Notes under the pieces: generated by a model
Seen by the model: only the letters and a program-made list of their open reading frames with translations
The model's database searches: none
What the model was told of the DNA's origin: nothing
Part shown: piece after piece, positions 1 to 11,629 of the stretch
Layout: every line of letters begins with the position of its first letter
Numbering within the stretch: the stretch's first letter is position 1
Assembly: GCA_036172245.1 (NCBI GenBank)
Contig: JAYWIR010000026.1
Coordinates: 248,001-312,000 of the forward strand
DNA length: 64,000 nt
Origin: Raillietiella orientalis
Taxonomy: Eukaryota
Direction: 5' to 3'
Translations under genes and position numbers: made by a program

Positions 1-720
1 CCATATCTAGTGATGCCGGCAGGGAGTTGCACAGGTGGTCCCAGCGCAGCAGCATCAACGCCTACTCTTGCCACTTCAAGGGGAAGGAGCAAGGAGAAGC
101 CGTGTCTGGATGCACAGTGCATCCAGATATTTTTTTCATGACAGCCGGAGACTACCTAAGATTCGCCTATTGTCGGTTGATTCACGCGGCTCAGCTAAAT
201 TTTCTCGCGATTATAAGTGTTGCCAGGAGGAAGGGAGCAGATCGCCAAATCTGCGCTGCGAAATCTGGGGCGAGACGCTCCCCCCCTTTTCCAAACCACT
301 GCGTGGAGCACTCTCGCCTGCTTACCGCGCGACAGGACACTGTCGGAATAGAGTCGAGGCCGCCGCGCTGGACATGGCAAAATGGAGGTTTCGTAACCAA
401 CAGATTCCAGGGGTGGATTCCACTCTGCAGCCCGATTTCGTGCTGCAGAAGGGCAACAGGATGGTGGCGCTGGGCGCGTGCTCCCCATTCGAACATGGGG
501 ATGAAGCGCTCAGCATCACCAGGGCGGAAAAAAGATCGACGAGTATCGAGATGTTGCCTGCCAGCTGCCGAAAGACGGGATTCATCGCAAAGTGCATGCT
601 TTCATCGTTGGATCACTCGGGTGCCTAGCAACGACTCCCTGCTGCGCGCAAGTTCGTAGTCCCCAGAAAGTGCTCGGACAAAATGAGGTACCTCATGGTG
701 GACTCCTGCGTCCGGCACGC
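1..720 (+). mobile_element. Decayed 3' part of a Utopia/NeSL-like (R2-group) non-LTR retrotransposon: CCHC finger plus restriction-like endonuclease
   Basis: Frameshifted motifs in the expected order: GDYLRFAYCRLIHAAQLNFL (cf. RFADWRFIHRARLN), ETLP../PNHC..H..LTARQD, STLQPDFVL (PD), CSPFEHGDEALSITRAEK, AFIVGSLG. Truncated by the window start. Confidence 0.7.
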
Positions 721-799
721 TTGAGACACCTGCTGGAGTCATGTGCTTGCACGTCTCCCAGACGATGCAAGCACATGACGATCTTCAGGCGAACGATGC

Positions 800-1320
800 A
801 GATCGAATCGAGGCATCCTCCTAACGACGAGAACGACATTCTGCGAGAAGAAGTGGCGGGACATCCAGAAGAATAAGGTCAAATTATTATGTCGAGGATG
901 AGGGATTACAATTCTTCATCCTCGATGGACACAGATGGAGAGAATCTATGGAATATGTGGAACCCTACTACCGCAGTTTGGATCTAAGTATAGAATGCTG
1001 GTCGTCATCCTATGGAAGGAAGGACACGGTGGGGTCCATATCCTTCCTCCCGCTGTGTGGGTTTCCGTTCATCGAGCAAGGTCGAACCGCCTCGCCGTGC
1101 TCAGCGGAAACACCGAACGGCCAGGAGAGCTTGAGAGATGCCGACACTGCGGCTGCGGGAAAGAATCCCTCGCTCCCCTGTGCTTTCTCCTCCCCGTCAC
1201 CTAGGTCCCCCATCACACAACTGCTTGGGCCACGCTCTTGGCCTCAACGATAAGATCCTTAAAAGGATCACCATGAAAGACGTGGCTGTGCTGCTCCGCC
1301 ATTCGTTACTCCCGTGACGT
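800..1320 (+). mobile_element. Possible LINE ORF2 C-terminal remnant
   Basis: RARSNRLAVLSG...RCRHCGCGKESLAPL resembles the terminal Cys finger of non-LTR ORF2; heavily decayed. Confidence 0.3.
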
Positions 1321-1739
1321 CTATGTAGACCATGTCCGTATCCCCCAGGGCGTCTGTGAACGAGCACCCACCTCCTCGCACTCCCAACGCTCCCCAGCCC
1401 CATTTCAGTGAGCTTGTGTTCCCCCCCCCCGTGCAAAATTCCCCTTTGGAACGGGCAAGCGGACGCTGCCGTCTTCACTGCTGCAGTTGCCCAAGGCGCT
1501 GCCATCCCGTCCTCCCTTCAACTTCCTCGTGTTCCTCCTGGAACACTTTCCCTCATTGTGCGTTGCTTAATAACTGCTTATCTCTGTCCAATGCTCCGTT
1601 CCGTTTCATTATATGTAATTACTTAATTCTGCGTTCATGCGGTTGTGATGTGCCCTTTGTGAAGGAAAACATCTGCAAACAAGTCGCGGTGTTCTCATCA
1701 AAGTGCAGTACCGGAATGGTTATGTGTTATACCACAATT

Positions 1740-1920
1740 TCTTTAAATATAAAGAATATTATATTAATTATATAAATATTATTGGTTGACTCTGTGTGTG
1801 AATATATGTGTGTTAATATACACGATAAGCACATACATTTTATTTTTATAATCTTCATAGTTTTATACACAAACATATATATGTATATTAACCTATGTAA
1901 CTCCATATATGTTTGTTTTT
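1740..1920 (-). repeat. AT-rich dispersed repeat related to the 59-60 kb AT array
   Basis: The reverse strand contains ATGAAGATTATAAAAA, also present at 59198. Confidence 0.5.
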
Positions 1921-2799
1921 TTGATCTTTCGAGATTTCGACATTCGCGATTTTGAACCAAACTTCGCATTTCACCTTATTATAACGAAGAGAAGAAAGGG
2001 TGTCCGCTTATTACTCGAAGTGGAGAAAAGCCTTTAGAGTTTTGCTAATGTTTGTGTCGGCTGGAAGAAGTTTGTGGTTTCGGACACATCTCTCTCGCTG
2101 CCGGGGAACGCGCATCTTCTTGCGCCATCCCCTTCGCGGGAGTCTCAACGGTGCAGAATTCGACCTGCCCGCGCCACGTGTTCTTTTCCCCCCAAAATTC
2201 TCGACTGACCCTTCGCTGCAGAGTTGGACTCCGTTGGAAGCGCCGCCCGGGGGCCGACTGCATGGCGACCGCTGCCATTTTCTGTCTTGTACGGGAGGTG
2301 TGCTGCATCTTTTACGGGACCGAGCTGCACTGATGACGTCATCTCGGAGCTCCGCCGCCGTTTCCGGCTACGGCTGCGGCTTTCATAGGGTTTCATTTCC
2401 ACCTGCTTTTGCAGGAGCATTCACTATGAAGGTAAGAATAATGAAAAAAGCACACCTTTGCGGTAGACCACGTGGGTCCACCACGTGCTTTGAACCTGCC
2501 AATGCCGGTACGCCGAGGTCCACGTCGGCAGCGAAGGGGAAGAAGGGAGGACCGAAAGCAAAAACAAACAAACAAAAATCTACGTCGTAAATCTCATCTA
2601 CGTCAGAGGAATTTTAATCATCTTTTCCTATATAACATCTCTAACATACATAATGAATTATCTACATTCAACACAAAACCCCGAATTATTACCCCACTCC
2701 TACTTCTTATATACCTACCCCAAACCCATCCACCTCCCCATCTACATCTTACTCATCAAAAATCCTACTATCATTATTAAACATCCCGAAAGGAGGGAA

Positions 2800-3860
2800 A
2801 GTTTTACTCTGGAAGGAGGAAAAGGGGGGGAGGAACCGGGGAAGGGATCCTTGCTCTCTGCCTGGTGTCCTCTGCATGCTGTTCAGGATGCTGGCAAGTT
2901 CTGTCCGTGTCTTGCCCAAGTAGGGGCCATCTCGAGGAAGCCCTGGGGAAGATCCGCGCCCGGTGGATGGTGTCCCTGCCATTCTGGCCTCTTCTTCCCG
3001 CGTTCCAGGCCACGACCATTCCGCGAACGGGACAGCAGAGGACTGCGAGGAACGCGACTGGCGGCAATGCGACACTCGCGAAGAGGCCTCTACAAACGTC
3101 CCTGGGACCGCGACCGCCCACTGGGATTCCTAGGATCGTCGCAAGGCTCATCCTGCAGTCTAGCAGCAGATGTGGGGAGATCTCCCCTTCTCCTCTCATG
3201 TCTCATTCCACTAGACACGCTCTCCCGTGTCCAGTGGTGCAGGCGTGCTTTGTATGAGATCCCCCAGTGCAAGACCAGCAGCGCCAACCACTGCCTCTTA
3301 AGGGGGAAGAAGCTGCTGTTCCCAGCACTCTGGAGGCCACCTGAAATGGCTAGGGGATTGAGAGCAGCCCTCCCAGCACTCTGGAATTGCAAGTAAGCGC
3401 CCTCGAAGGTTTCTTTTTTGCTGCGATCCAGCAAATCACTCCCCATCTTGCTGGGATGCCGAACTTCCACAGGAGCGAGAAGTTTGGTCACCCAGTGCGT
3501 CGTGTCCGCTGCGACATCTCTATGGGGCGTATCAGGATGTGGCACCCCTGCCTAGGAGACGCTCGAGGAGCAAGTCCCCTTCGAATACGCAGTCGTCACT
3601 GCGTAGATTCAGGGAACCCTCGGCTCCGGCCCTTTCCGAATCGAACAAGGGAGTTGCCCCGAACGGGAAGGAAACTGCACATCCCGACAGGCTCGATCTT
3701 GGCGCGGGGTCAGTTTCTTGAAGGAACACGCCGCAGCCTTGATTTTTTTTTTTTTGGACCTGTTTGCTGCGCCAAGCGCCATACTCGACGAACGAGGCGC
3801 GGCTTTTCCTTTGGCACGTGCGTGCGGCACTCTGACAAGAGTCTTCGAACGCTGCTGAAA
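2800..3860 (-). mobile_element. L1/Tx1-like LINE ORF2 3' fragment (zf-RVT region), decayed
   Basis: LHWGISYKARLHHWTRES, EISPHLLLDC and AFLAVLCC..RG; the same motifs recur at ~23.4, ~25.9, ~29.0 and ~61.6 kb. Confidence 0.65.
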
Positions 3861-4875
3861 TGTCCACAGCTGAGGAACGTTGTGGCAAATTCCTGAACGC
3901 TCCCGCCTCGGGTTCCCTTACTACCGGAAAGAATCACAGCATCCCGACAAGCAAGGCTTCCGTGGACAACGAATGTGGAATAGAGAACTCGGAAAGAGTC
4001 GACGAGGCGCACCGAACTGCCTATCTTCTTTCCAAGAGTGTCCGAATGACCGGGAAATTTTCTTGGATCAGAAAACGCAGCGACAGAATTCGAGGATCCC
4101 TTGTGGTTCTTCGATCGAGGAAAGGATTGCAGGACGGCGATTCTTCCCCATCTTCCACTTCCTTCGACTTAGACCACCAACATACGACACGGGCGGGGGT
4201 GCCATCCGTCGTGGAACCGAGCGTGCTGGGATGAAGCTGGATTCTGCGTTAAGTCTGCTCTCGACTGGCTCTGCAATCCCCGCTCGACTTCTCCACGAAG
4301 GTATCGAGCAACGCTTGAACTTCACCCCTGGAAGCTGACCTGTCTGGAGGGTGCCCCCGCTACGGGGGATATCAGACGCAACCACCAGCCGCCACTTTTT
4401 TTCCTCTCCGCGTACTTTCGGAGGATCCCCAGCTCCCGTAGAACCTGGTTGCTCCGAGGATGCTGAGGATCACAAGGGACTGAATCCCAGTTCAAGACAG
4501 CTAGCTGTCTCCCGATATTTCAACCGCTTTCCTTCTCGGGTCTTCTCGAAAAACTGCCGCTCTCGCGACTCGATGTCACCCGCAGCTTCCCTTGCAGCTC
4601 TGTGCTGCCTTCGTGGCATCGTGGCGGAGGGAAGCCACGCCGGACAGAGGTCAGTCGCACGATGAGGTCATCGCAATCGTCCGCTCCTTCGTGAGGAAGG
4701 AGACAAGATGGCCGCGTTTCCGCCAGCAAAAGGAGGAAGTTGCCGACATCCTCCATGGGATGCCGAGGACACCAGGAAGAAACCGGTGATCCCTTCCCTC
4801 TCCCACCCACTCCATCCCCCTCAACAGTTTTTGTAAACTTTTTTTTTGCTGTTTTTGTTTACCCCTTCCCCCGTT
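3860..4875 (+). mobile_element. L1/Tx1-like LINE 3' fragment, decayed
   Basis: GKFSWIRKRSDRIRGSLVVLRSRKGL (post-RT FxW...GGL-like motif) and AALCCLRG; 4560-4742 is clearly homologous to the reverse complement of ~25540-25715; ends in a T-rich then C-rich tail. Confidence 0.5.
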
Positions 4876-5074
4876 GCTCACGTGCGGACCTCATCGGGAA
4901 GCTGCTCACAAGAAGCAGCGCCTCCGAGACATATCCCTTCGTAGTGGTGAGCCACTACGGAGAAAGACATTCTATATTTTATATGACGTTTTTTTTTTTT
5001 TTTTTGTAAATATTTTTTTTTACAATAAACGCACCAGCGTGAAAATTAAAACTGCTGCTCTATTTTCAAACGGC

Positions 5075-6580
5075 CAGCCGACCTGGATGATTACGACCAG
5101 ATCAGGTTCTGCCGGCAAGTGGTCACCCGGTGCCCCAGATGGGCCTGCCTCCGACGACTAGCAGCTGCCTTCTTTGAACTCTCCTCCCAACAAGCCGTTC
5201 GTGAGCTTCCGTGTAGACACTCAGGCTGTCCATACAATCAACACGTGTATCGTCCTCAACCCGGGTAAGCCTGCAGGAGTCGTTTTCCTCCTATTCCTTC
5301 TACCAACACCTCGTGCCGAAAGAAGGTTCAGCCAGGTGTAGAAAAAAAGTTCTCTGGTCCACGAAGTGGGCACGCTTATCTCGTGACTACGAAGTGGGTG
5401 AAATTTTTCCGGAGGCCAGCACCTTCCCTGGGTCCCCGTACCCTACGATCAGGGAACGCCATGCCGGGTTTCTCTGAACCGCACTTGAGTCACCTGCTTT
5501 CTAAATACGAGGCGCATCTCAAAAGTAAGGGAGGATCAGATGTAACGAAAGAACAAGAAATAAGAGAAATAACGAAAGTGTGTTCGCGGTTCTCAACACA
5601 AGCAACCCCCTGTCATCTTTCCACGTAGTCACCGCTTTTTTCCAAACACTTTTGATACCCCGGAAGAAGCTTTTTGAAACCTTCTGCATCAAATTCCGTC
5701 GCCTGGGGGTTCAGCCAGTTCAGCAGCGCTGCAGATTCCAACTGCTGACTTTTCCCCTCGAATCCTTGAGCTACTTCTTGTGGCGCAGGAAGACGTGGTA
5801 GCCACTGGTCAGGACCGCGAGGTGGGTTATCGAAAAGTCCCCACTCGAATTTCTGAATTGTCTGCAATGTGCGGAAGGCAGTGTGTGGGACCAAAAGGTG
5901 CGTTTTTAGTGGACTTTACGGAGCCCGAACAACCACCACTTGTCGAGTCTGCTTTGGGACACTTTCAACACTGTGGCGTGCCATTCGGAACCGACCACGT
6001 TTAATGTTGAGATCAGGAATGGCTGTTCTCCTTCACCACAACGCACGCCTTGATAACGCATGCTGTCCGCACATTGCAGACAATTCAGAAATTCGAGTGG
6101 GGACTTTTCGATAACCCACCTCGCGGTCCTGACCAGTGGCTACCACGTCTTCCTGCGCCACAAGAAGTAGCTCAAGGATTCGAGGGGAAAAGTCAGCAGT
6201 TGGAATCTGCAGCGCTGCTGAACTGGCTGAACCCCCAGGCGACGGAATTTGATGCAGAAGGTTTCAAAAAGCTTCTTCCGGGGTATCAAAAGTGTTTGGA
6301 AAAAAGCGGTGACTACTTGGAAAGATGACACGGGGATGCTTGTGCTGAGAACCACGAACACACTTTTGCTTCCCTTATTCGCTCTTTCTTCACACCCGAT
6401 CGGCCTTCACTTTCGAGACGCTCCTCGTATATGAATGGGATAAATTCGTTCCCAGGAGTGGAGCAGTCAAAGGTCACGTCGGCAGTCTTCGGTTCTCGGT
6501 ACTCTAAAGTCCGTCTGACTTGGTAGTCCTGCGGACGATTGTCCGGTCCCCTGTCCACAGGCTGAGGATGCACGGCGAAA
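5075..6580. pseudogene. Two decayed paralogous coding remnants arranged tail-to-tail; product unknown
   Basis: Outside the perfect arms: YEAHLKSKGGSDVTKEQEIREITKVCS (+) vs YEERLESEGRSGVKKERIREAKVCS (-). Both are interrupted by stops or frameshifts. Confidence 0.4.
5625..6316. repeat. Perfect inverted repeat: 251-bp arms (5625-5875 and 6066-6316) with a 190-bp spacer
   Basis: Direct reverse-complement comparison; the ORF track gives matching peptides on opposite strands (5613..5894- vs 6050..6328+; 5580..5801+ vs 6140..6361-). Confidence 0.97.
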
Positions 6581-7229
6581 TCAGTGGCCTGAAACAGCTT
6601 TCTGCTTGGTGTTCATAACACCGCCGTCGATTTTTTCCCATTTTTCCTATTTTTTTTTTTAGAGCATTCTGGTGCTAATCCATCCACCCATCAGCAAGAC
6701 ATGTGCATCGAAACTGCTCCCATCACTCGCCTTCGAAGGAAAAAAAACCCAAAAAGAAGAGGGAAGGAGACGAAATTCCTCCGAAAAGAGCTATATTTAG
6801 GAGTTGTAGTGAGACTCTTGCCAGCTTCCCCCGCGTCGAATTTAACGCAGAAAGAATAGCTCCGCAGCTGCGAGTATCAAGTGGTGCGATCTGAGCGCGA
6901 ATACATGGAAGGCGGAGTGCTCGTTCACATTTCAAGTGTGCGAACACAGCCTGCGTGGAGAAAAGTGCAGGCAGGAGAGCCTGCGACATGGCATCCATTA
7001 ATCATGGATAATGAAAAATGGAAGCCGGTGATCTCTTTCTGGGGGGTCAACAGGCCGCCAGACGGTGAGTCCACCACCGGGAACTCACTCTTGCAGTCTC
7101 CTCCTACGAACCGCACGGCACGGACAAGGAGACTGCAACGGAGATTCAAATAAGTGCTTCGAGCCAACTTGCACCAAGGCGTAGTTTTCAACAAGACTTA
7201 TTATTTACTTTTTTTTTTTTTTTTTTAGA

Positions 7230-7900
7230 GTGAGTCATCGAAACTTCCGGACCGGAGCAAAAGACTCTGGAACCCGACTTCAAATGGATACAGCTGTACA
7301 ACGTCTTCTTCCTGGGAAACTGATTTCATGCATGACAGCCACACGTATCCCAATCGGAGCCTCCTGGCGCTGACGTGTCCACAGATCCAAGCGCTTCTCC
7401 CAATTTGGAGCGAGCTGGGTTGAGTTGTGCGGAGCTCACCGCTTTCGTTCCTGGTGCTGCTCCGCCTTCGTTCCCCAAGCCTTGCGCAACACAGGAAGAC
7501 GCCTCCAGGCTGAGAGGTTTCCTCCAAAGGAACCGACACGATGCACCCCTGCAGCCATTCGAATCTCACAACGGTAGAAGCACGGAGTTCCTGCTGCCTG
7601 GGAAGAGGCGAGCCCGCACGAGCGGACGCCGCAATTACGCAGCTTATGCGCAACACGAAAAGAAAAACATTCTCCGCCAACGGAGCAAGAGTTTGCCTTC
7701 CACTTTCTGGCTGCATATGGTACTGTGAAGCCGAAGTTCCATCCCGGCGGCCTGCTGCGACGCAAGAAAAGGTTGCTCGGCGCCGGGAGATGAGGTCGCC
7801 CGGGGTGAGAGAACTCGCACCATCCGAGTGAGCCCATAGCCCGAGGCGGAAGGACCGAAGGATGGCTTCCAGAGACGCAATCTGCAATCCCGAAAACTTT
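7230..7900 (+). mobile_element. Possible Ty3/gypsy RT-RNaseH remnant
   Basis: Weak ordered motifs VFFLGN, TAFVPGAAP, DAPLQPFE, RRNYAA..EK. Confidence 0.3.
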
Positions 7901-7989
7901 ATTGTTTTGTTGAGTGCAATTATATAGCTTGTTTATAGGCTGCCTGGTCATTCTTCCGCCAGTTGTTGTTCTCTTCCTTAGGGGCTGTC

Positions 7990-9900
7990 TTTGTCCCATC
8001 TTTACGGGCATTCCTCCACTGGCTCTGTTTCCTCCGGTGGGGGACCACTGTCTCGATTTTCCAGTTGGTTATCGGTTCCCCTTCTGACATGGGTTGCACA
8101 TATAGCACCTGAGTACAGGATGCACCATCCGGTGTCTCAGTTCCACCAGCTTCTTTTTTGGTACTCCTAAATGCTGTAATACTTCCTCGTTGCCAGGGTC
8201 CCATGCGCCCAGAGAGCCGACGGCGAAAGCGGAACTTTGCTTTGTTTTCCACCACTTCTCAGTTGCATTGCGATGTTATTGTATTCTTCTTCTTTGTTCT
8301 TCCTGGGTGCTCTGAAAGCCTCCTTTCCATTTTCATATGGGCAGCAGATGTCTGGGCACACACAACCGGTTCCGTTTTTGTAAAACCAGATCCTTAGGGT
8401 TTTAGGGTGGAAGTGGTTCCTGGCACTCTCCGTTTCCTTGAGACAACACTCCACTTCGCTTCATCCTCTGCAGCCTTCCAGATGATTTCCTGAATCGCGT
8501 CTTTGCGTGTCATGATCAGAGGAACGTGCTTCTTGCATCTATGCAACACGCGAGACAGCGTTTCTTCCTCTGTCCCGCAACTTGGCCAAGCATTGATCGG
8601 CAATAGGTTTAGCCTTGCAGCATGAGTGGACCTGTAATCTGAGAATCTTAGATGGACTCCATCAGTATGGAAAAAGCTTGAAGCGTGATGCATGTCCACG
8701 CATTGCATGACTTTCCCTTGACTTATGTGCTTTTGGATTAGGAATTTGGATCAGTGTCCCCTCTGTGATGCTCTCACGCCGGAGGTGAGCTTCCTTCTTG
8801 TGCTGCCGGTAAAGATGACGCCGTTATACTGGGCTCTCCATCTTGAAACTCCCAGCGGGCTCTGGCCCTTCTAGAGGTCTTCCTTCCTTTCGTCCAATGG
8901 CTCTCTATTTCTTCCCCCGAGATTTTCATCTGTTGGGGCTTCAGGGGCTCCTTTCTGGACCTCATCTTCCAAAGTTTCGTGCTCTGACTCCTTACCGCGT
9001 TTTCCGTTTAGGTGAGTAGTTTGAAGCAGCTATCCATGGTGAAGAGATCGGATTTTCCAGCCAGCTTCATCAATCCCAGGCATCCTTCGCTTCTTTCTCC
9101 GTACAAGTACTCATTGGCTGCCCAGGGTGGTAGGTGCAAGGCCTTGTTGATTACTTTTCCTATTTCCTCGTCCACATACTGCCGTTCTTCTTTGCGGTTT
9201 CATGCCAGCCTCTCGTAGTGATCTACACCAGGAAAGAAGGTTTTTATTGCGTCCATCTTCTGCCACCCCGAGAGTCCACTGTCTAGTATGGCACTCGCCT
9301 TCAGGCAGATGTCGGCTTTGGATGGTTTTGAGCTGAACACCTTCATACCGAAGTATTTCCCCAAGTATTTGTGTGCAATACAATGGATAAAGCAGATGAT
9401 GAAGCAATACAATGGATCTTCCCTTCTTTCACCTCTATGTGTACGTCCCTTGGTCCCCTGTTGGACGTTTCCCGCTGTAGGATATCGATGCGCACTTAGC
9501 CTAGTTGATGGATAAGCGGGCTCTTCCCACTAAGTCCTGGAAGTGCACCTTTGCTCTTATTTCTGGTTCCTCCTTGGCGCACGCCAGGATCACGTCTTCC
9601 CCAATGTGAAGGCAAACGCACATAAAGGATAAAGGTACATAAAGAGAAACGGAGTGTGTGGAGCACCGGCAGCACAACAGGCACACCGCTCGTCCACCGG
9701 GGACATCCCGTGTTGAGAGGAAAATCTGTGATTTTTCGTGGGGGACATCACGCATGCGCGTAGAAGCGAGCCGTTGACGAGAGGGCGCTCGCGTGGGCTC
9801 GTCCGTCGTGGCCCCACGAAAGGCAACGTGGCGCACTCCCGCAGGCTCGCGAAACGACGACGCCGTAGAAACTGTGACCTTCTCCTTCCTCCTGGGGAGA
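7990..9900 (-). mobile_element. Decayed Utopia/NeSL-like non-LTR retrotransposon (RT through REL endonuclease)
   Basis: Ordered motifs: DVPHEKSQIFL, EDVILACA..RLSIN*AKC, HKYLGKYFG, SGLSGWQKMDAIKTFFP, ASNEYLYG..DSCFKLLT, LRFSDYRSTHAARLNLLPIN, CGTEEETLSRVLHRC, DICCPYENGKEAF..KEEEY. Confidence 0.8.
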
Positions 9901-10099
9901 ACACTCACGACCTATGGGCCATCTGAGAAACACGCACGTTCACCAATGCGTTTTTCAGATGATTGGATTTATGTTTACGTTGGCAGTCCGATCCTTTCTT
10001 CCCGATTTGCAGGGACGATTCGTCCGAAGGAAACGTCGCCGAGCCCAATGATGATGATACCCGTGGGATGCCTTGCGGCTGCCAATAGGTCGCCTGTCG

Positions 10100-10700
10100 G
10101 CGCATCCGCCGACCCGAAGTGCCGCACGCGCAGGAAACATCGCCCTCCGACCCGCTGCCGAGGCTGCACAGTCTCGACTGGTGGCACTCCTGGATTTCGG
10201 GAGGCAGGTTGCCTCGGAAACCAAGAAAGCCGTCCTGGAGAACCTTCTAGAAGAGAAGCCATCAAAAGATGGCGACGAACGGAAAGGCTTGCGCGATCAT
10301 TGGCTGATCAGAGTGGCTCAGGGGGGGGGGGGGTTAGAGGAGTGGCCGCATCGTTGGTGCCGCGGCCATGTTCATGGAACGAATGCGTGTCGCCGTGCGG
10401 TGCATTCCGTGCTGTCTCTTCGACTCGATTCGCCCCGCACCGAAAAGAGGAGGGGGAAAAGGTCTCGGATTCCACCAGGCCGTCGTTTCACGAGGCTGGG
10501 GGAGCGCGTGGGGCTGTGGCGGTGCCCGTCAACGGAATGGGAAGTCCAGCAGCGGGTCTTCTGGGCGCGGGCAGCCGGTGCGCGGACGGCTCTGGGCGTC
10601 GCAGCGGCAACACCCTCGGGTGACTCCCTCCCGCTTTGGATAGGAGGAATTCCGTAGGGCGATGGGGACCCGTTCGACTTGGCACCCGGCCAGCTGATCT
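10100..10700 (+). mobile_element. Possible LINE reverse transcriptase remnant
   Basis: LVALLDFG...VLENLLE and a decayed QG/PLLF-like segment; weak. Confidence 0.25.
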
Positions 10701-11094
10701 CCACTCGCCGAGCCTTCACGGAGACTTCGAGGGTTGTCGACTTGCAAAACCTTTTTCTTCTTCTCCTTCTAACATTGGCATCAGACTGTAAGGCATGAGC
10801 TTCCGGAGCGGTTTTTTTTTCCAAACCTCACATTTCCAGAAAAAGCCGCCATTGCTAATCCCGCAATTCGTTATCTAACTATCTGTTCGTAGCTGCTTAA
10901 AACAACTCGATGAAACTTTGAAAAGAAAGAAAAGGAATTCTTTGCATTCGAAATTGATGCACTCAGTTCATCGGACCGAATCTGTGGGCACTTTATTCGC
11001 TTGGGAGAAGTTGCCATCTTCTTTGGAGTATTTCGAGGTAGCCAAGCACATTTTGCCTATTTGCTAACCTTTGAGACCCGACTTCCAGTTTACC

Positions 11095-11475
11095 CGCTTC
11101 GGAGGAGATGAAATGGAGCGGACCACCCCCCCGAGCGGTCCCTCCGGAGAGAATGAGGAAGGAGATCCCCTTCGAGGTTCCCCTTCGGAGACAACCAGGG
11201 TGGGGGGTGCGATCCCCCCGGCCTCCGTGTGCGGGGCCGAGTGTTGCTAGAAGCCTTCGCGTTTGCTGAGTGCACGAGCTGGGTTCCCTTCTGGGAAGAA
11301 GCAGAGGAACGGTCCCTTCCGGAGGGAATCACAAAGATCTTTCCTTCGGGGTTCCCTTCGGAAAGAGCCAGGGTGAAGGGTTTCTCCGGAGCCCTTTCTG
11401 GATTATTGACTGGGTCCTCTCCCGGGGCGCCCTTAACTTGAAGAGTCAACACGCACCCTTGGGTGGCGCGGAAAC
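11095..11475 (+). mobile_element. Partial (3' half) copy of the tRNA-headed SINE-like family
   Basis: Shares GTCCCTCCGxAGAGAATGAGGAAG, CGGAGACAACCA and the 3' TTGAAGAGTC..ACGCACC motif with 17716-18450. Confidence 0.75.
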
Positions 11476-11629
11476 CGTGTCAAAGGACAAACAGTCACAT
11501 GCAGCCCACGCTGCTTCCTCAGAGAACGCAATCAACGAATGAAGGGCATCATTCCAGCCGAAAGCGGACGCCAGTGATTGACCGCGGCAGCTTCTCAACA
11601 ACCTCTGGTTTTTTGGCAGGTGGCGCGCG

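Noticed and set aside
1990..2560. Gypsy RNaseH remnant
   Set aside because: Only one or two weak motifs; not supportable.
3320..3385. 15-bp direct repeat TCCCAGCACTCTGGA
   Set aside because: A small local duplication within a dead LINE with no evident significance.
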